From NCBI GenBank assembly GCA_964016885.1, contig OZ024751.1, forward strand, positions 31,186,001 to 31,250,000: DNA of 64,000 nucleotides. Reading direction: 5' to 3'. Position 1 is the stretch's first letter. The number at the start of each line of letters is the position of its first letter. This document shows, in pieces, positions 25,751-39,377 of this stretch. The position numbers were made by a program, and so were the translations under genes. The notes below the pieces were generated by a model. The model did no database searches. It worked only from the letters and a program-made list of their open reading frames with translations, and was not told the DNA's origin. Origin of the DNA: Eledone cirrhosa (Eukaryota).

Positions 25751-26277
25751 GAATTTTGTCTAAGACAATGAAAGAAACACTGGAAAAAACAGACAGTGCC
25801 TTCTCAGTCAATCTCTAGAAATCACTATAGTTTCAGTAAAATCAAGGTTAATACCATCCTAATGCACAAAACACGTAGATACAAGAGGAGTTGTGACTTT
25901 TGGCAAATTACACGGATAAAGAGAAAAAACGCTACAAACCAAAATACATCAACCGAAAAGGAACAGATCGAGATAGAAATGGTGCACGGTAGCTTATATA
26001 TATATATACATACATACATACACACATATATATATAATTATCATCATCATCACTTTACGTCCATTTTCCATGCTAGCATGGTTAGACGAGTTGTCCTGTT
26101 GTGGGCAATGCTAGGTCAGGTGACCATGTCTTGCTTATACAGAACTGAACCTGGCTTGGTTTCTACAGCTGGATGCCCTTCCTAATGCCAACTTCATTTA
26201 CAGTGTGGGCTGGATGTTTTTTGTTGTGACACTTACATGACCACTTTACAGAAATTATTTATATATATATATATATA

Positions 26278-27165
26278 ATAATAATGAAAATATTGTGTAC
26301 AGTGCTCAGGTGCACTACAACTCATCAAAAGTGTATGTATAGTACATAGGGTAATGTACAAACGTGTGCATGTGTATGGAAGGGGGACATTAGGTGTAGT
26401 TTAGGCGAATTTCGGGAAGCATGAGGGTTTTAAAGGATGCAGTGTCTCGACAGCTAACAACTGACGCAGGTAGTTTGTTCCATGCTTCAGCAACTCTAAG
26501 CGTGAAAAAATGTTTCTGAAAGTCATGGGAGCTGTGCTGTTTTCTGACTTTGTAGGCATGTCCACGTGTGTTAGACACATGGAGACAAAAAGGTGCTCAG
26601 GGTTGTTGTTGGCGAGACGGTTAATAACTTTGTGGATGTTTACCAAGTCCATTGCCAGACGTCGGAGGTTCAATGAATCCATACCCAGGGAAGCAAGGCT
26701 TTCAGAATATGGTAGGTGTCTGATGGAGGGTATGCGCTTGATTGCACGTCCCTGAACAGTTTCCAGGAGGTCAATGTTCTGAGCAAGATAGGGGTTCCAG
26801 ACTGATGATGCGAATTCCAAGTGTGGTCGTACCATAGCTGTATACAGCTTTAAATAGATGGCTGGAGAGCGGCTAACAAAGGTCTTGCTGAGTTATGCCA
26901 AGACACCCTCGGCCTTCTTGACAATTTTTAGAGATGTGCTTTGTCCAACGCAAATCGCTGCTGACAGTAATGCCCAGGTCTCGTTCACAAGAGGACTTCT
27001 TGATATCAGTGTTGTGGAGGGAGTATGTGGACGGTGGATTTTTCCTCCCAAAATGAAGGTGGTACACTTGTCCACAGCCAGCTTCAGTTGCCAGTCTGTG
27101 ATCCATTGCTGCATTGTGTCCAGGTCTGATTGTAGGAAAGAGTTATAGATTTCAGGATCTGTCCT
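26278..27165 (-). mobile_element. CR1-clade LINE 3' fragment (frameshifted)
   Basis: LQSDLD..WQLKL..KC, ERDLGI, VRPHLEF, TRGH; same family as 20310. Confidence 0.9.
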
Positions 27166-27207
27166 ATAATTACAAAGACCAAAATCTAAAGAGGGCTCAA
27201 TAAGGAT

Positions 27208-27243
<36 letters not shown>

Positions 27244-29643
27244 ATAAAATAGTATGTATAAACCCATAGAGCAAATATTTGTTATTAGTACAGATTAAAA
27301 TTTAAGCAAAGAATCTAGATCCTGTAATAGAGTGAAAGCAGCGATTCTTTGCTTAAACTTTAATTTGTACTACTACTAATATATATATATATATATATAT
27401 ATTATTAGTAGTACAAATTATATATATATATATATATAACATTAATTATAGCTATGTATAATAATAAACATCTTTCAATATTCACAAACAACCTCCACAG
27501 TAAAATATTCAATGATTTACAAGACTATCATCATCAACAACACCAATTGACACTAAATAAAAAGAAATAATTGAAATCAAAATAAAAAAAAAAGCTCCAG
27601 AGGTGGAAGGATTTTCAGTTTTATTTATTTAATTTATATATTTTACATATGAATAATAATAACAACAGCATTAAACAAAATAATAAAAATAATAGTGATA
27701 ATATTTCTGTTTTTTAAACAACAGTTGCAATATTTATAAAAACTGCCATTCATTGAAATATTAACTGCTAGTATTTTTAAGATAAATATTACAAATATTG
27801 ATTTATTTAACAACCAATCAATTATAGAAACCAATCAATTTATTAAGTAATAATTTTTTTGTTTGTGTTTATATTTAGTTGATTTAGTATTTTGTTGTTG
27901 TTATATTGTTTAGAAATATTTCTGAAGTTGTCATTATACAATTGTTTGTGTATCTGTCTCTGTCTCATTGTTCATATTTCACTGTCCACAGAGATCTTTG
28001 TGTAACTCTTTCTTTTTCTGTTCACATTTCACTGTCTATATTAATTCCTTTAGAAAGATGGACAGCGATGTTTGTGAAATTGTCTCTCTGTTCATATTTC
28101 ACTGTCTATATTAATTCCTTTAGAAAGATGGACAGAGATGGTTGTGTAGCTGTCTCTCAGTATCTCTGTTCATATTTTACTGTCCATAGAGATGTGTGTG
28201 TAACCCCCTCTCTCTCTCTGTTCGTATTTCACTGTCCACGTTAATTCTTGGATAAAGATGGACAGAGAAATTTGTGCAACTGTCATACTGTTTATACTTC
28301 ACTGTCTATGTAATTTCCTGAAGTTGGACAGAGACGTTTGTGTATTCTGTCAAAAGAAAGTGACTTCCACTCCCTTATTAATCCGAGTTACTGTGCTTAA
28401 TATATTTAATTTTTGCATTCTTTTAAAGGGAAGCAGACAGGCAGATAGATAAATAGGTAGATTGACAAACAGAGACAAATAGATACATAACAGATAACAA
28501 AAAGATGATGGTGGGAGACAAAATAGAAGATATACACAAGAAATTCTTGATTTAGAAACATAAGATCAACATAAACACGGTCGATAACTCGTACATTTTT
28601 ACTGAAATTGTCTCCCTTGAATTACAGACCTAATTGTGAGGTACAAGTATTTTCAGTGTATTGAAAGTTTTAGTTGTGTCTGTGTAAATTATATTTTTCA
28701 TATTGTTCGGGGAAAATGACACTGTATCCCATTTTGACAACACAATAATTGTGCTTTATTTCATAAATTTATCATTAAAAAAAAGATTTTGCCAATGATA
28801 TCACACTTCGCACCAGTAACACTTTTATATGTAGTGTATGTATGTGTATATATATCACTGAATGCATTAGTAGAGAAAATAGACATTTAATTCATATAGA
28901 AATGACTTATACATGACTTCATTTTAGTCTTGAAGAAGCTGTTTCTATATGAAATAATATATATATATATATGGTGGTTATATATATATATATATATATA
29001 TATGGTGGTAATATATATATTATATATATATATATATATTAGTGTCTTTAAAAATGACAACAGTTTTATTATAATTATTGTTATTATTACTATTATTTAT
29101 TATAGAGAATGCTTTTTTTTTCAATAGGAACAACAGAGTTTTTTCTGTAATGTTTCATGCAATATACTATGTAGGGTATACTACAAATATACACTAGAAA
29201 ACTCTATATGCACTACACTAGGTGGTTCAACTTGCCACTCTAACAGTGGTTACAACAAGCACACTCCAATACTCCAACCCACTCTTCCATATTCGTTTCC
29301 AGTTTTGCCACTCCAGTCAAGCCTGACAGGTAAACACCTCAAACTGTAACTCTCCTAATGTTTTGCTTCTCTCACTGTCACTGATTCACTCTCTATTTGT
29401 CATATGACAGCTTCTTACTCCTCCCACCCCCACCCCAGCCATCCTATTAACCATGTTATGTCTACCACCCAAAGGCCCCACACTAAATATTAAGCCATCC
29501 AAATTATTGGCCCTCTCAAGCCCTGCTCATATCTTTTCCAAACACGAGTGGAGCTACAACAACTTAAATAGAACATGAATGGTGTATTGATATCTTGGAG
29601 GTTCTGTGTAGGCTAAGGGCACTGTCTCTTCCTCCATACCTAC

Positions 29644-29687
<44 letters not shown>

Positions 29688-30149
29688 AATGGTATGGTGG
29701 TGGTAGCAGTGGTGGTGATGGTACTGGTGATAGTGGTGGGGGTTCCAGTAATAGTGGTGATGGTGGTGGTACTGGTGATAGCAGTAGTGGTTGTGGTAGT
29801 GGTGGTTGTATTGGTTGTGGTGGTGGTGGTAGCAGTTGGGGTGCTAGTAGTAGTGGTTGTGGTTATAGAGGTTGGGGTTCCTGTAGTAGTGGTTTTGGTA
29901 CTTGAGGTAGTACTGGTAGTGGTGGTGGTACTGGTGATAGCGTTAATTGTAGTGGAAATTGGAGGTATTTTAATAACAGAAAAATATTTTAACAATATTG
30001 TTGGAACCTCAATACACTACTCATGATTGAATTAACTGACACAGTCCATTTACTCTAAGGTAGATTGAACAGTGTTCACTGAGCAAACAGAATTATATGT
30101 TCACCAAACAAACGGATTGAATAGTGTTTACCAATCAAACAGAATGGTT

Positions 30150-30450
30150 GGTGTTCACCAAACTACTATATGTTCACCAAACAGTACTATATGTTCACCA
30201 AACAGTACTATATGTTCACCAAACTACTATATGTTCATCAAACAGTACTATATGTTCACCAAACAGTACTATATGTTCACCAAACAGTACTATATGTTCA
30301 CCAAACAGTACTATATGTTCACCAAACAGTACTATATGTTCACCAAACTACTATATGTTCATCAAACAGTACTATATGTTCACCAAACAGTACTATATGT
30401 TCACCAAACAGTACTATATGTTCACCAAACAGTACTATATGTTTACCAAA
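30150..30450. repeat. 21-bp minisatellite (tgttcaccaaacagtactata)
   Basis: Seen directly. Confidence 0.95.
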
Positions 30451-31189
30451 CCAACATTGAGTGATGATCACCAAACAGAATTATATGTTCACCCACCCAA
30501 TCACAGATATTTCAATCCATGAACAATGTAAATACTATTCATTTTGTTTTCTGTGTTAGTGATTTCAAATCCAGAAGCTGCCATCTAATAACACATCATT
30601 TCAAAATTATAGTTTTTTTATAACAATAATTTTTTTAAAATTAATTACATTTTTTTCCCCCCTTCCCACCAATCACTGAATTCATGTTTTAAATTTCCTA
30701 TCTTATATTTCTCATCAGTCTTCAAATCAAATTTCATCAATTTCATATTGTTATTATTAATGCCACACTGTTTTGCTGCTGGAAAGACTTTTAAATTTTG
30801 TTTATATTTTGTCAACAATCGTGACAAAATTTTGACAACCGATAACGCTGTGTTTTATCTGCCGAAAAAATATCCTTTTAGTAACCCTCATGGAACGGGC
30901 TATTATTGTCCACTTAAAAGTAAGTACTAATAATATAAATATATATTCAATTTTTTTTTTTTCACATCAACTCAAAATGTTTACACTATATACACTTTTA
31001 CACCACACACCCACACCCACCCATCTTCTGATCCTAAATTCGAAGGATCCAGAATTCATTATTATTATTATTATTATTATTATTGGGGAAGAGGGAGCCA
31101 TCAATTTTATATCAACCCAAGACATCACTGGTATTTATTTTATTGCATCTCCGACCCCCATCCCAAACTCTTAAAAAATATATAGCATA

Positions 31190-31966
31190 ATATATTCTGG
31201 TACAAGGCCAACAATGTGTGGGGAGGGGGGGGGGGGGGGGTCGAATACATCAACCCCCAATAGTTAACTGGTTCTTTATTTTACTGACCCCTGGAAGGAT
31301 GAAAGGCAAACATAATCCTGGTGGGATTTGAACTCAGAACATAAAAAGTTGTAACTAATTAGCGAAAAAGTATTTTGTCTGATGCTCAACCGATTCTGCC
31401 AATCCATCATATATTAAAATAATAATAAGTTGTTTATTATTTAGCAACAAAAGAACCACCCTCTCTCTGTCGACATTCACTCCACCGGTGTGTATTTAGA
31501 TATTAGGTACTAGAAGAAGAAAAATAATGAGATAAGCAGTGACCAACACATACAGATATATATATTTCCACCCCACAACTATTCCACCCCCTCCTGGCCT
31601 TACCACTATTAGCCCCAACACCACCACCACCACCATCACCAAAACTACCAAAGCATTAATAATAATAATTGTTTCTACTTTTGGCACAAGGCCAGCAATT
31701 ACCCAGTGTATTACTGGTACTTTATTTTATCGACCCCGTAAGGATGAAAGGCAAAGAATAATAATGGTTTCTGATTTAGGCACAAGGCCAACAATTTTGG
31801 TGGGAGGGGCAAGTCAATTAAATCAACCCCAGTGCATTACTGGTGTGTTATTTTATTGAACCTGTAAAGATGAAAGGCAAAGCTTAATCTCAGCAGGATT
31901 TGAACTCAGAATGTAAAGTAACTATGCCACAAAATATGGCGTCCAACACTCTACCGATACTGCCAA
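31190..31966 (-). mobile_element. Cluster of SINE family 1 copies/fragments
   Basis: Three overlapping matches at ~31190-31410, 31665-31755 and 31765-31966. Confidence 0.75.
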
Positions 31967-32589
31967 TAATAATAATAACAATAATGATAGTAAACTTAAG
32001 TTCCTCGTTTATTTTTTTGTTTTTGTATCTTGTATTTATTACCACATGTATATTTTTTGTGGTAAAAATTGTGTTGAAGTTGTTATAATATCAAAAATAT
32101 ATACAGTGAGTTGCAGGGAATGGAGAATAATTAATAATATAATAAACAAACAAACAAACATTCAAATTACAAAAAAAACAAAACGAGAAAAGAAAATCCA
32201 TGTTGACTGTAATAATAATAACAACAACAACAGCAGAAGTTCAAAAATAGAATTGCTACAAAAATGTGAACAAAATTCCTTAATTTTACTGTTTTTAGTT
32301 TTTAGTGAAATATTTTTTAAAATAGTAAGGAAAAAATTGTGTTTATTTAAAATGAAAATTGTTAATTTTTGTGTGTGTAAATATAAAGAAAATTATCACT
32401 CTCCCTTTAATTGTTATTGTTGTTGTGACAATTGTACTCCACCTGTTGTTGTCATTGCTACTGCTACTCCTGTGGTTGCTGCTTCAGGTGCTACTGTTGG
32501 TGATGGTGATGATGATGAAGCTTCTGCTGTTGATGGTGATGGTGATTGTGGTGGTGGTGGTATTCTTGCTGTTCTCTCTTTTGTCGACA

Positions 32590-32765
32590 TCATTCCATTT
32601 TCTCATTACTTCGATGTCTGCATATGAGAAGCTTCAGCTCACCTTCAGGCAGAACCTTGAGATGGTTCCAAGCATTGAAATGGCGTTGCTTTCGAAAATC
32701 TTCACCATTTACCTCCAAGATCTCATCCCCAACTTTCATCTCCCCGCCTCTGTCAGCACTGCCTC
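32590..32765 (-). CDS. Multi-PDZ gene terminal coding exon G (176 nt incl. TGA)
   Basis: Not in the ORF track; read manually. Acceptor tttgcAG|GA. Encodes GGSADRGGEMKVGDEILEVNGEDFRKQRHFNAWNHLKVLPEGELKLLICRHRSNEKME*, resembling IL-16 GDEIL...FEAWNIIKALPDG. Confidence 0.92.
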
Positions 32766-33183
32766 CTGCAAATCAAAAGAAAAGTTTTAAAAAAATACAA
32801 AAGAGGAAAAAAAACTAAAATTCCATTATAACAAATTTTTCCGAATAACAACATTTTTTTCGATCCCCGAGGTAATATCAAATAAATGCTCGATTTATTT
32901 CGGTCGATCTCATAAAAAATTTTTCGTTACAACAATTTTTTTTTATAGCCCGTGAATTTCATTATAACGGAATATTTCTGTATTTCAAAAATATAGATAG
33001 TTAGCACAATTTTGATTGAAGCTGACATTGATCATAACGAACGCATCTGACAGTGCAGGCCACACTCATGTATTTAGTTTATTTATATACATATATATGA
33101 TATAGTATATATATATAAGCATTAACCTAATATACCCCTTCCATATACTGTACCGATTGTGTTGTTATTTCTGTTTACCTTTT

Positions 33184-33252
<69 letters not shown>

Positions 33253-33421
33253 AAATGTGTGAGATCCTTGGTACAGTTAGGTATATTTGAAAAAAAGGAA
33301 AAGAATGACTTCACTTGTAGTGTTAAACATTTTATGATTTAATTCTATAATATTATAATATTATAAAATTAAATCAAAATTTTTTTAACACTACAAGTGA
33401 AGTCATTCTTTTCCTTTTTTT

Positions 33422-33460
<39 letters not shown>

Positions 33461-33876
33461 TAAACAAAGTTTCTTACACTTAACATGTATGAGTTACCAT
33501 TGGTTTTGGGGTTCAGCACATACATGTTAAGTGTATGAAACTTTGTTTATACTAAATAAGCTCTTTTCCAACAGAGCACTGTTTTGCTTGATCTTTCAAC
33601 TATGGATTTCTACCAACGTATATATATTATAAATATATATATATAATAAATATATATTTATAAAGAGTCAGGCCCCTGACAGTTGAGCTCTTGCTATTTT
33701 AACAGCTAGTTCCAGACTATTTATATATATGAACTCCTGATGGTGTCATTAGGGGTGCTATACTGGCATACAGTGTGTCTTGGGTATTTTAAATCTGACA
33801 GAGCTTATCTCCTCTCCAGTTCTGAACACACCTGATTTCTTAGAGAGAAAGGGAGAATAAAATATGGGGTACCTAC

Positions 33877-33996
33877 CTCTGAATATTCGCTTCACAGAAA
33901 TGGGTCGATCTCCAAGAGGGCAGCCGACCCCTCCACCCAGGCTAAACCCTAAACCAGTTACTCCTTTATACAAAATGATCTCAAATGTCTCAGAAT
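33877..33996 (-). CDS. Multi-PDZ gene exon F (120 nt), first half of C-terminal IL-16-type PDZ
   Basis: Acceptor ccttcAG|AT, donor AGAG|GTaggt. Encodes FEIILYKGVTGLGFSLGGGVGCPLGDRPISVKRIFR (GLGF loop; resembles IL-16 [25 protein letters not shown]). Confidence 0.92.
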
Positions 33997-34470
33997 CTGA
34001 AGGAGAAATAAATTTTTTAATGAACATTATATATAGTACATGAGATATATATCTACTAAGTGAAATATCATATATATATATATTATTAGTACATGAGATA
34101 TATATCTACTAAGTGAAATATCATATATATATATATATTATTAGTACATGAGATATATATCTACTAAGTGAAATATATATATATATATATTATTAGTACA
34201 GATTAAAGTTTAAGCAAAGAATTCTTTGCTTAAACTTTAATCTATACTAATAATAAATATTTGCTCATCAGTATGAGCAGCCAGTTACAGCCGGTTTGAA
34301 GAGAAAGAGGTAAGAGAATGCTGGCCAGATATGGCAGGTTTAAATGCTAAAGGGTTAACATAAGTATGAGCAGCCAGTTACAGCCGGTTTGAAGAGAAAG
34401 AGGTGAGAGAATGCTGGCCAGATATGGCAGGTTTAAATGTTAAAGAGTTAAAATAAGTATGGACACTGAC

Positions 34471-34651
34471 CTTCACTGACAAATGGCCTGGCTAATAGAA
34501 GTAAGATTCTTGTGTCACTGGTTTGTAGCCAGACTTTCACATCCATCACAGTCTGGTTCCATGCTGCTTTGTTATCAATATAGAGCAGTAAATCTCCTTC
34601 ACAGATAAACTGTTGTCTTATAGCAGCGCCATCTTGTTCCAATAAAGAGAT
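34471..34651 (-). CDS. Multi-PDZ gene exon E (181 nt), rest of penultimate PDZ
   Basis: Acceptor ttgtAG|ATC, donor GAAG|GTcagt. Encodes ISLLEQDGAAIRQQFICEGDLLLYIDN...ILLLLAR. Phase 0->1. Confidence 0.88.
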
Positions 34652-34754
34652 CTACAACAATTCAGATACAAACAAAGAGAATAAGTTTTATTTATAGTTA
34701 TATTGCTGATTTCTGGAACTGTTGGTTTATAAAGGAAGGAGGACTATATATATA

Positions 34755-34930
34755 TAATTGTTTCTATTTTTGGCACAAGGCCAGCAATTATCCCAGTGTA
34801 TTACTGGTACTTTATTTTATCGACCCCGTAAGGTTGAAAGGCAAAGTTAACCTCGGCAGGATTTGAACTCAGACCATAAAGGGCCGTAACTTGGCATGGC
34901 ATCTGACCCTCTACTGATACTGCCAATCGA
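34755..34930 (-). mobile_element. SINE family 1
   Basis: Reverse-complement match to family 1. Confidence 0.85.
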
Positions 34931-34957
34931 CCACCCTATATATATATATATATATAT

Positions 34958-35592
34958 ACTAGCAGATTTACCCGTCGTTGCCCAGGGTTTGAAATTATGC
35001 TAAGAATATACAGCTAGGAAGTAAAAGAAAAAATTATTTGTCCCCAACCTGTCAAATAAGCAGAAGTTTTCAATAATTAATGTAAACGAATATTTAATGC
35101 AATCTTTGTACACATAAAACTATGCTGATAATGAAGGAAAACACTGAACAGGATGTAGTTATACAAATGATTAAAGACAATACACGTTGCAAATCTGTAA
35201 AAAAAACAGGCAGTTTTGCTAAAGTACAAAAAGTTGTAATGAAAGAAGAGTTGTATACAAACAAAAAAACAATGAGAGTAGAATAAGAGAAGATGTATTC
35301 TTTGAGAGCATCCTTTGCTGTGTATGGTTACATTTTGAACTTATAATCCAAAATATCCTGCATGACATATTCATTGAAAGTCCCATAGGGATTTTGTTTT
35401 GATTGATTTCTACCTTACATCATGCACTTTAGAAAAATTAATTTTTCTATCGATTTTTTATTGATCAATGTGGGTCGATTTGAACAATTTTTGTGATGTG
35501 ACCATCTTAGCGACAGGTGCAACGTGCACAGAAAATTTGGTCAAATTCGGTTGGGAATTGTAAAAGCCTTAGCTGTCCAAAGTTGTCCACAG

Positions 35593-35637
<45 letters not shown>

Positions 35638-35655
35638 CCTCGCTTATATATATAT
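34958..35655 (+). mobile_element. Helentron/DINE-1-like non-autonomous element
   Basis: Starts actagc..acccgtcgttgcccagggt (subterminal hairpin), ends aaatttggtc..(CA)n..cttatatata. Confidence 0.55.
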
Positions 35656-35658
35656 ATG

Positions 35659-35995
35659 GAGGCATGTGGGTTAGTGGTTAGAGCATTGGCCTTGCAATCG
35701 AAAGGTTGTGAGTTCAATTCTCAGACCAGGTGATGTGTTGTTTCCTTGAGCAAGACACTTTATTTCACATTGCTCCAGTTTACTCAGCTGTAGAAATGAG
35801 ATGATAGGACTGGGGTCCATATCATTCCACTGTAAAGTGGACGTGGAGGCGCCATGGAAAAAAAGCACCCAGCACTCACTGTAAATGAGGTTGGTGTTAG
35901 GAAGGGCATCCAGCTGTAGAAATCAAGCCAGAATCAGTTCTCGTCCCACCCTTGCAAGCAGGGAAAAGCGGATGTAAAATTATGATGATGATGAT
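35659..35995 (+). mobile_element. SINE family 2 head with RTE-like tail ending (gat)n
   Basis: Head matches 5346; tail gttaggaagggcatccagctgtagaaa...gatgatgat. Confidence 0.75.
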
Positions 35996-36004
35996 ATATA
36001 TATA

Positions 36005-36169
36005 TCAGATAGGGTGTGGTAAAAACCAGCTAGACCATAATCCACCAGAGTACTTGATACTTGGGGTAGTAGAGTGGGTAATATGAAAAGATTCAGAACT
36101 CCAGTGGCTGAGCTCTGGCTGTTTCGACTGGCCAGATCTCAGCCGTCGGGGTCCTGAATCTTTTCATAT
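36005..36169 (-). mobile_element. Fold-back mini-element family A (diverged)
   Basis: Tail gaccata..ccagagtacttgatacttggggtagtagagtgggtaat plus hairpin 36081..36169. Confidence 0.75.
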
Positions 36170-36297
36170 ATAATATGGTCAAGAGATAGAAGACATATAT
36201 AATATGGTCAAGAAGTAGAAGACACGTGGTCAAGAGTTAGAAGAAAGTAAAGAGAAAATGGTGAGACAGAATTTAAAAGAATTACTTCAATACCTAC

Positions 36298-37967
36298 CAA
36301 CAGTTCCTGTTTCTCTCCTTTTTTGAGACGCATTCCAACTTTTTCCGTGGAATCTTTTTCAACAATACAAATGTGAATGGAATAATGTTCTGAAAGACCC
36401 AGTTTGTCTAAAGCAAAGTTGGCTTTATTCACCATATCTTCCACAGTATCTTCATCCAGTAATGCAAGTTTCAAGACAGATTCAGCTGAATCTGGATCAG
36501 ATGGGAAAGCAAAATTTGTCTGACCAAATTTGGTACTTATGCACCATTTTCTCTTGCTGAATACTATAGGTGGCTCTATGCATGATTTGGTGCCTTCCTT
36601 TCTATGTTGTAATGACATTGATTTTGAATTACTCTCAATTAATTTTGGGCCTGAGCTGAACATCATTGACTTTTCAGAGATCAACTCACTCCTAGCGTTA
36701 CGCATTCTTGTTGGAGATATTTCTGAACGATCTTTACTCCTTTTCATCACTACATAAGAATCATCTTTAGTATTTGAAGGTTGCTTGGTATTTTGCCTTG
36801 GTTCTCTATTGAGTGTGGTTGGCGGGATATATTCTTTATGTTTACTGTGTTCTTCTGATGGCAAATCATCACCAGTTGTTGTTGGAGTTACTCTTCTGTC
36901 CACTTGACATATTGAATCAGGAGTTTCCCTTTTTGGTGAAGTTATTTCTTTGCCTAATTCTGGAACTTCATTGTCAGTTTTGAGCAAAAGTGTGTCTACT
37001 TTTGCCAATAATGAGGTTTGAAATCTATTTTGTGAAAGAGCATCATCCATGGGAACGGTAACTTGAGAGGAATCTGTGTTATCTATTTTTACAAGATCTT
37101 TTATATATTTTGGCACTGTTTTTATTGATTCTGATACAGCAAACTCTGTTTTAAGAACCCCAGGAAAACCAGGTTTAGTCAGACCTTCTATGACAGGTGA
37201 GACATTTGGTGTTCTTGGTGTGTAGTCTGAGAACAGAATTTCAGATTTAATAGGTGAAGCAACTGGACTAATATTTGTATTTGTGCGGGAAGAAGATTTA
37301 AATATATCTGGAAGTTTACGACTGGAGGAAACTCTAGGAGAAACCGGTGACTCTAGATCTAGCATAACCAGTTGACTGGAACCTACTTCAATCTCTTGAC
37401 TCTTTGGTGCTGAAAACAATGATGACATCGAATGAGATTTCATTGATTCTTCCTTCTGCACAATATTTAAAGATGTCATGGAGCTTTCAGGAGAGATTGA
37501 AATCAAAGAACTTGTTGTAGGGGTCAATGGTTTAGCTAATTCTAGAGGTAATGGCAAGCTTGTTGAATACTCCATCTCTGATTCTTTCTGAAGTGGCATT
37601 TGTGGTTTTTCTCTAATGGTGACAAGTGACAAATCTGGAACCTCTACAAGCTGAACTGATGTTTTCCCATTAAAAGCTTTAGATAATGATTCGCGTGCAC
37701 AAGGGACCTCTTCAACAGCATTCTTCTGTGTATAATCTGACGTTTTGTCTGACAATGGAGAGACACTGATCAGTTTATCTGATGGCTCTGAATCCCAACA
37801 CATAGAACTGTTTAGTGAAGACACAACACTGTTATGATTACCATTCTTCATATCACAGATTTTCGGCTGGTTTTCAGAGAAGCAGGAATTGATGGAAACT
37901 ATCTTTGGAGATGATGGAATAATTACTGGACTCTTTTCTGAACTGGGAACAGTTTTGTGGGGGAACT
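36298..37967 (-). CDS. Multi-PDZ gene exon D (1670 nt), Ser/Pro-rich linker and start of penultimate PDZ
   Basis: Acceptor ttttaacAG|AG in frame with ORF 36208..37851, donor TTG|GTaggt. Ends ...HYSIHICIVEKDSTEKVGMRLKKGEKQELL. Phase 1->0. Confidence 0.88.
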
Positions 37968-39113
37968 CTGTTAAAAAAAGAAAAAAAAAAAAAAATCAAT
38001 CAAAATCAATGAAAAAAAAAATATACTGAACAGTCAGATGAAATATTTCATTCAATGACAAGTAGAGTTTTCTTTATAATTGTATTATTTATTTTTTCTT
38101 TTGCATTAAATTCAAAAGCCTTCATTCCTTACACAGTATCCATTTTATATTGTGAATGTTACAAGATGGCTGTTATGTCAAGGGACATAACTCTCTCTTA
38201 CTCACGCTATCTAGCTGACAAACGGGCTTCAATTGTAGCTTCAAAATTCAGTAATTATCATCATTAGACGAAGGATTAAGTAATAAAAATATCAACAACA
38301 ACAATTATTTCTTCCAAAAGCATACAAATGTTTAAAATTTGTAACAACAGGAAAATTAGATAGAAAAATGAAAACATCTTATCTATGCTAGTATATTAAA
38401 AAAAAAAGAATGGAAAAAAAGAAAGAGGGAGAAAACGAAAAAAATTATATAAAAAAAGTTTTAGAAAGAAAACTATAAATAGCTATATATAAAAATATAA
38501 ATATGCATATATAAATATATAATTATCTATATATAAAAATATAAATATGCATATATAAATATAAAAATATCTATATAAAAATATTTTATTGTGATTAAAT
38601 ATGACTGAAATATATAAACATATATGTAAAAAAAGTTAATAAAAGTAAATAAATTAATACATTAAAGAAAAACAAATCAAAAGAAAACATTAAATCAAGC
38701 CCAAACATTATGATGATGGTGGTGGTGGTAATGGTGATGGTAGTGGTGATATTTTAGAATCCTTCTAACAGGTAATAATATGCAAATAGAAAGTGCAGGT
38801 GCAGTTTTAAGACAGACTTGAAAGCTCTCCAGTAAAAAAAAGCATTGCCAAAGCCAGTTGGTAAAATATTTTTAAAAAATATAAAATGAAAAAAAAAACA
38901 GTAAAAAAACAAAACAAAACATAACAAATATTGAAATGAAATTAGTGTAACAGAGAGAAAAGCTTGAAAGATATAAATTTGTCAAATATGATAAGAAACT
39001 CTCAAAAGAACTGGACTGAAGAAGGGCTTCAGAGAAGAATGCCTCACCCCACTCAAGCAAGGATTTCGGCTCTTCATTGGTCAGAAATGTTTTGTGTCAT
39101 AAAAAATGTAATA

Positions 39114-39281
39114 CTGTATTGCCCGGCGTCGAAGATGCTACTTTTTTCCTAAAACAAGTCTAAAAAATCAACGATGCATCCTAGAGGCCGAAGGTTGTTT
39201 ATTATTTTTTTTCAAATTTTTGGTTGTCAAAATTAGGGTGTGTCCTCGAGGATGAAGCGTCTTCAGCGCCGGGAAATACGG
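39114..39281. mobile_element. pogo/Tc1-like MITE
   Basis: TA|ctgtattgcccggcgtcgaagatgc ... gcgtcttcagcgccgggaaatacgg|TA. Confidence 0.75.
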
Positions 39282-39377
39282 TAATTAAAAGTACTTCTAA
39301 GGACAAGAGAACCTATACGTGCGGGTCTGGCCTGCTAGAAATAGCAGCCAAATCTTCCTATTTATATATATATATAT

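Noticed and set aside
29564-30026. Thr-rich mucin-like or Val-rich ORFs
   Set aside because: Degenerate (GTG/GTA)n trinucleotide repeat with no splice support.
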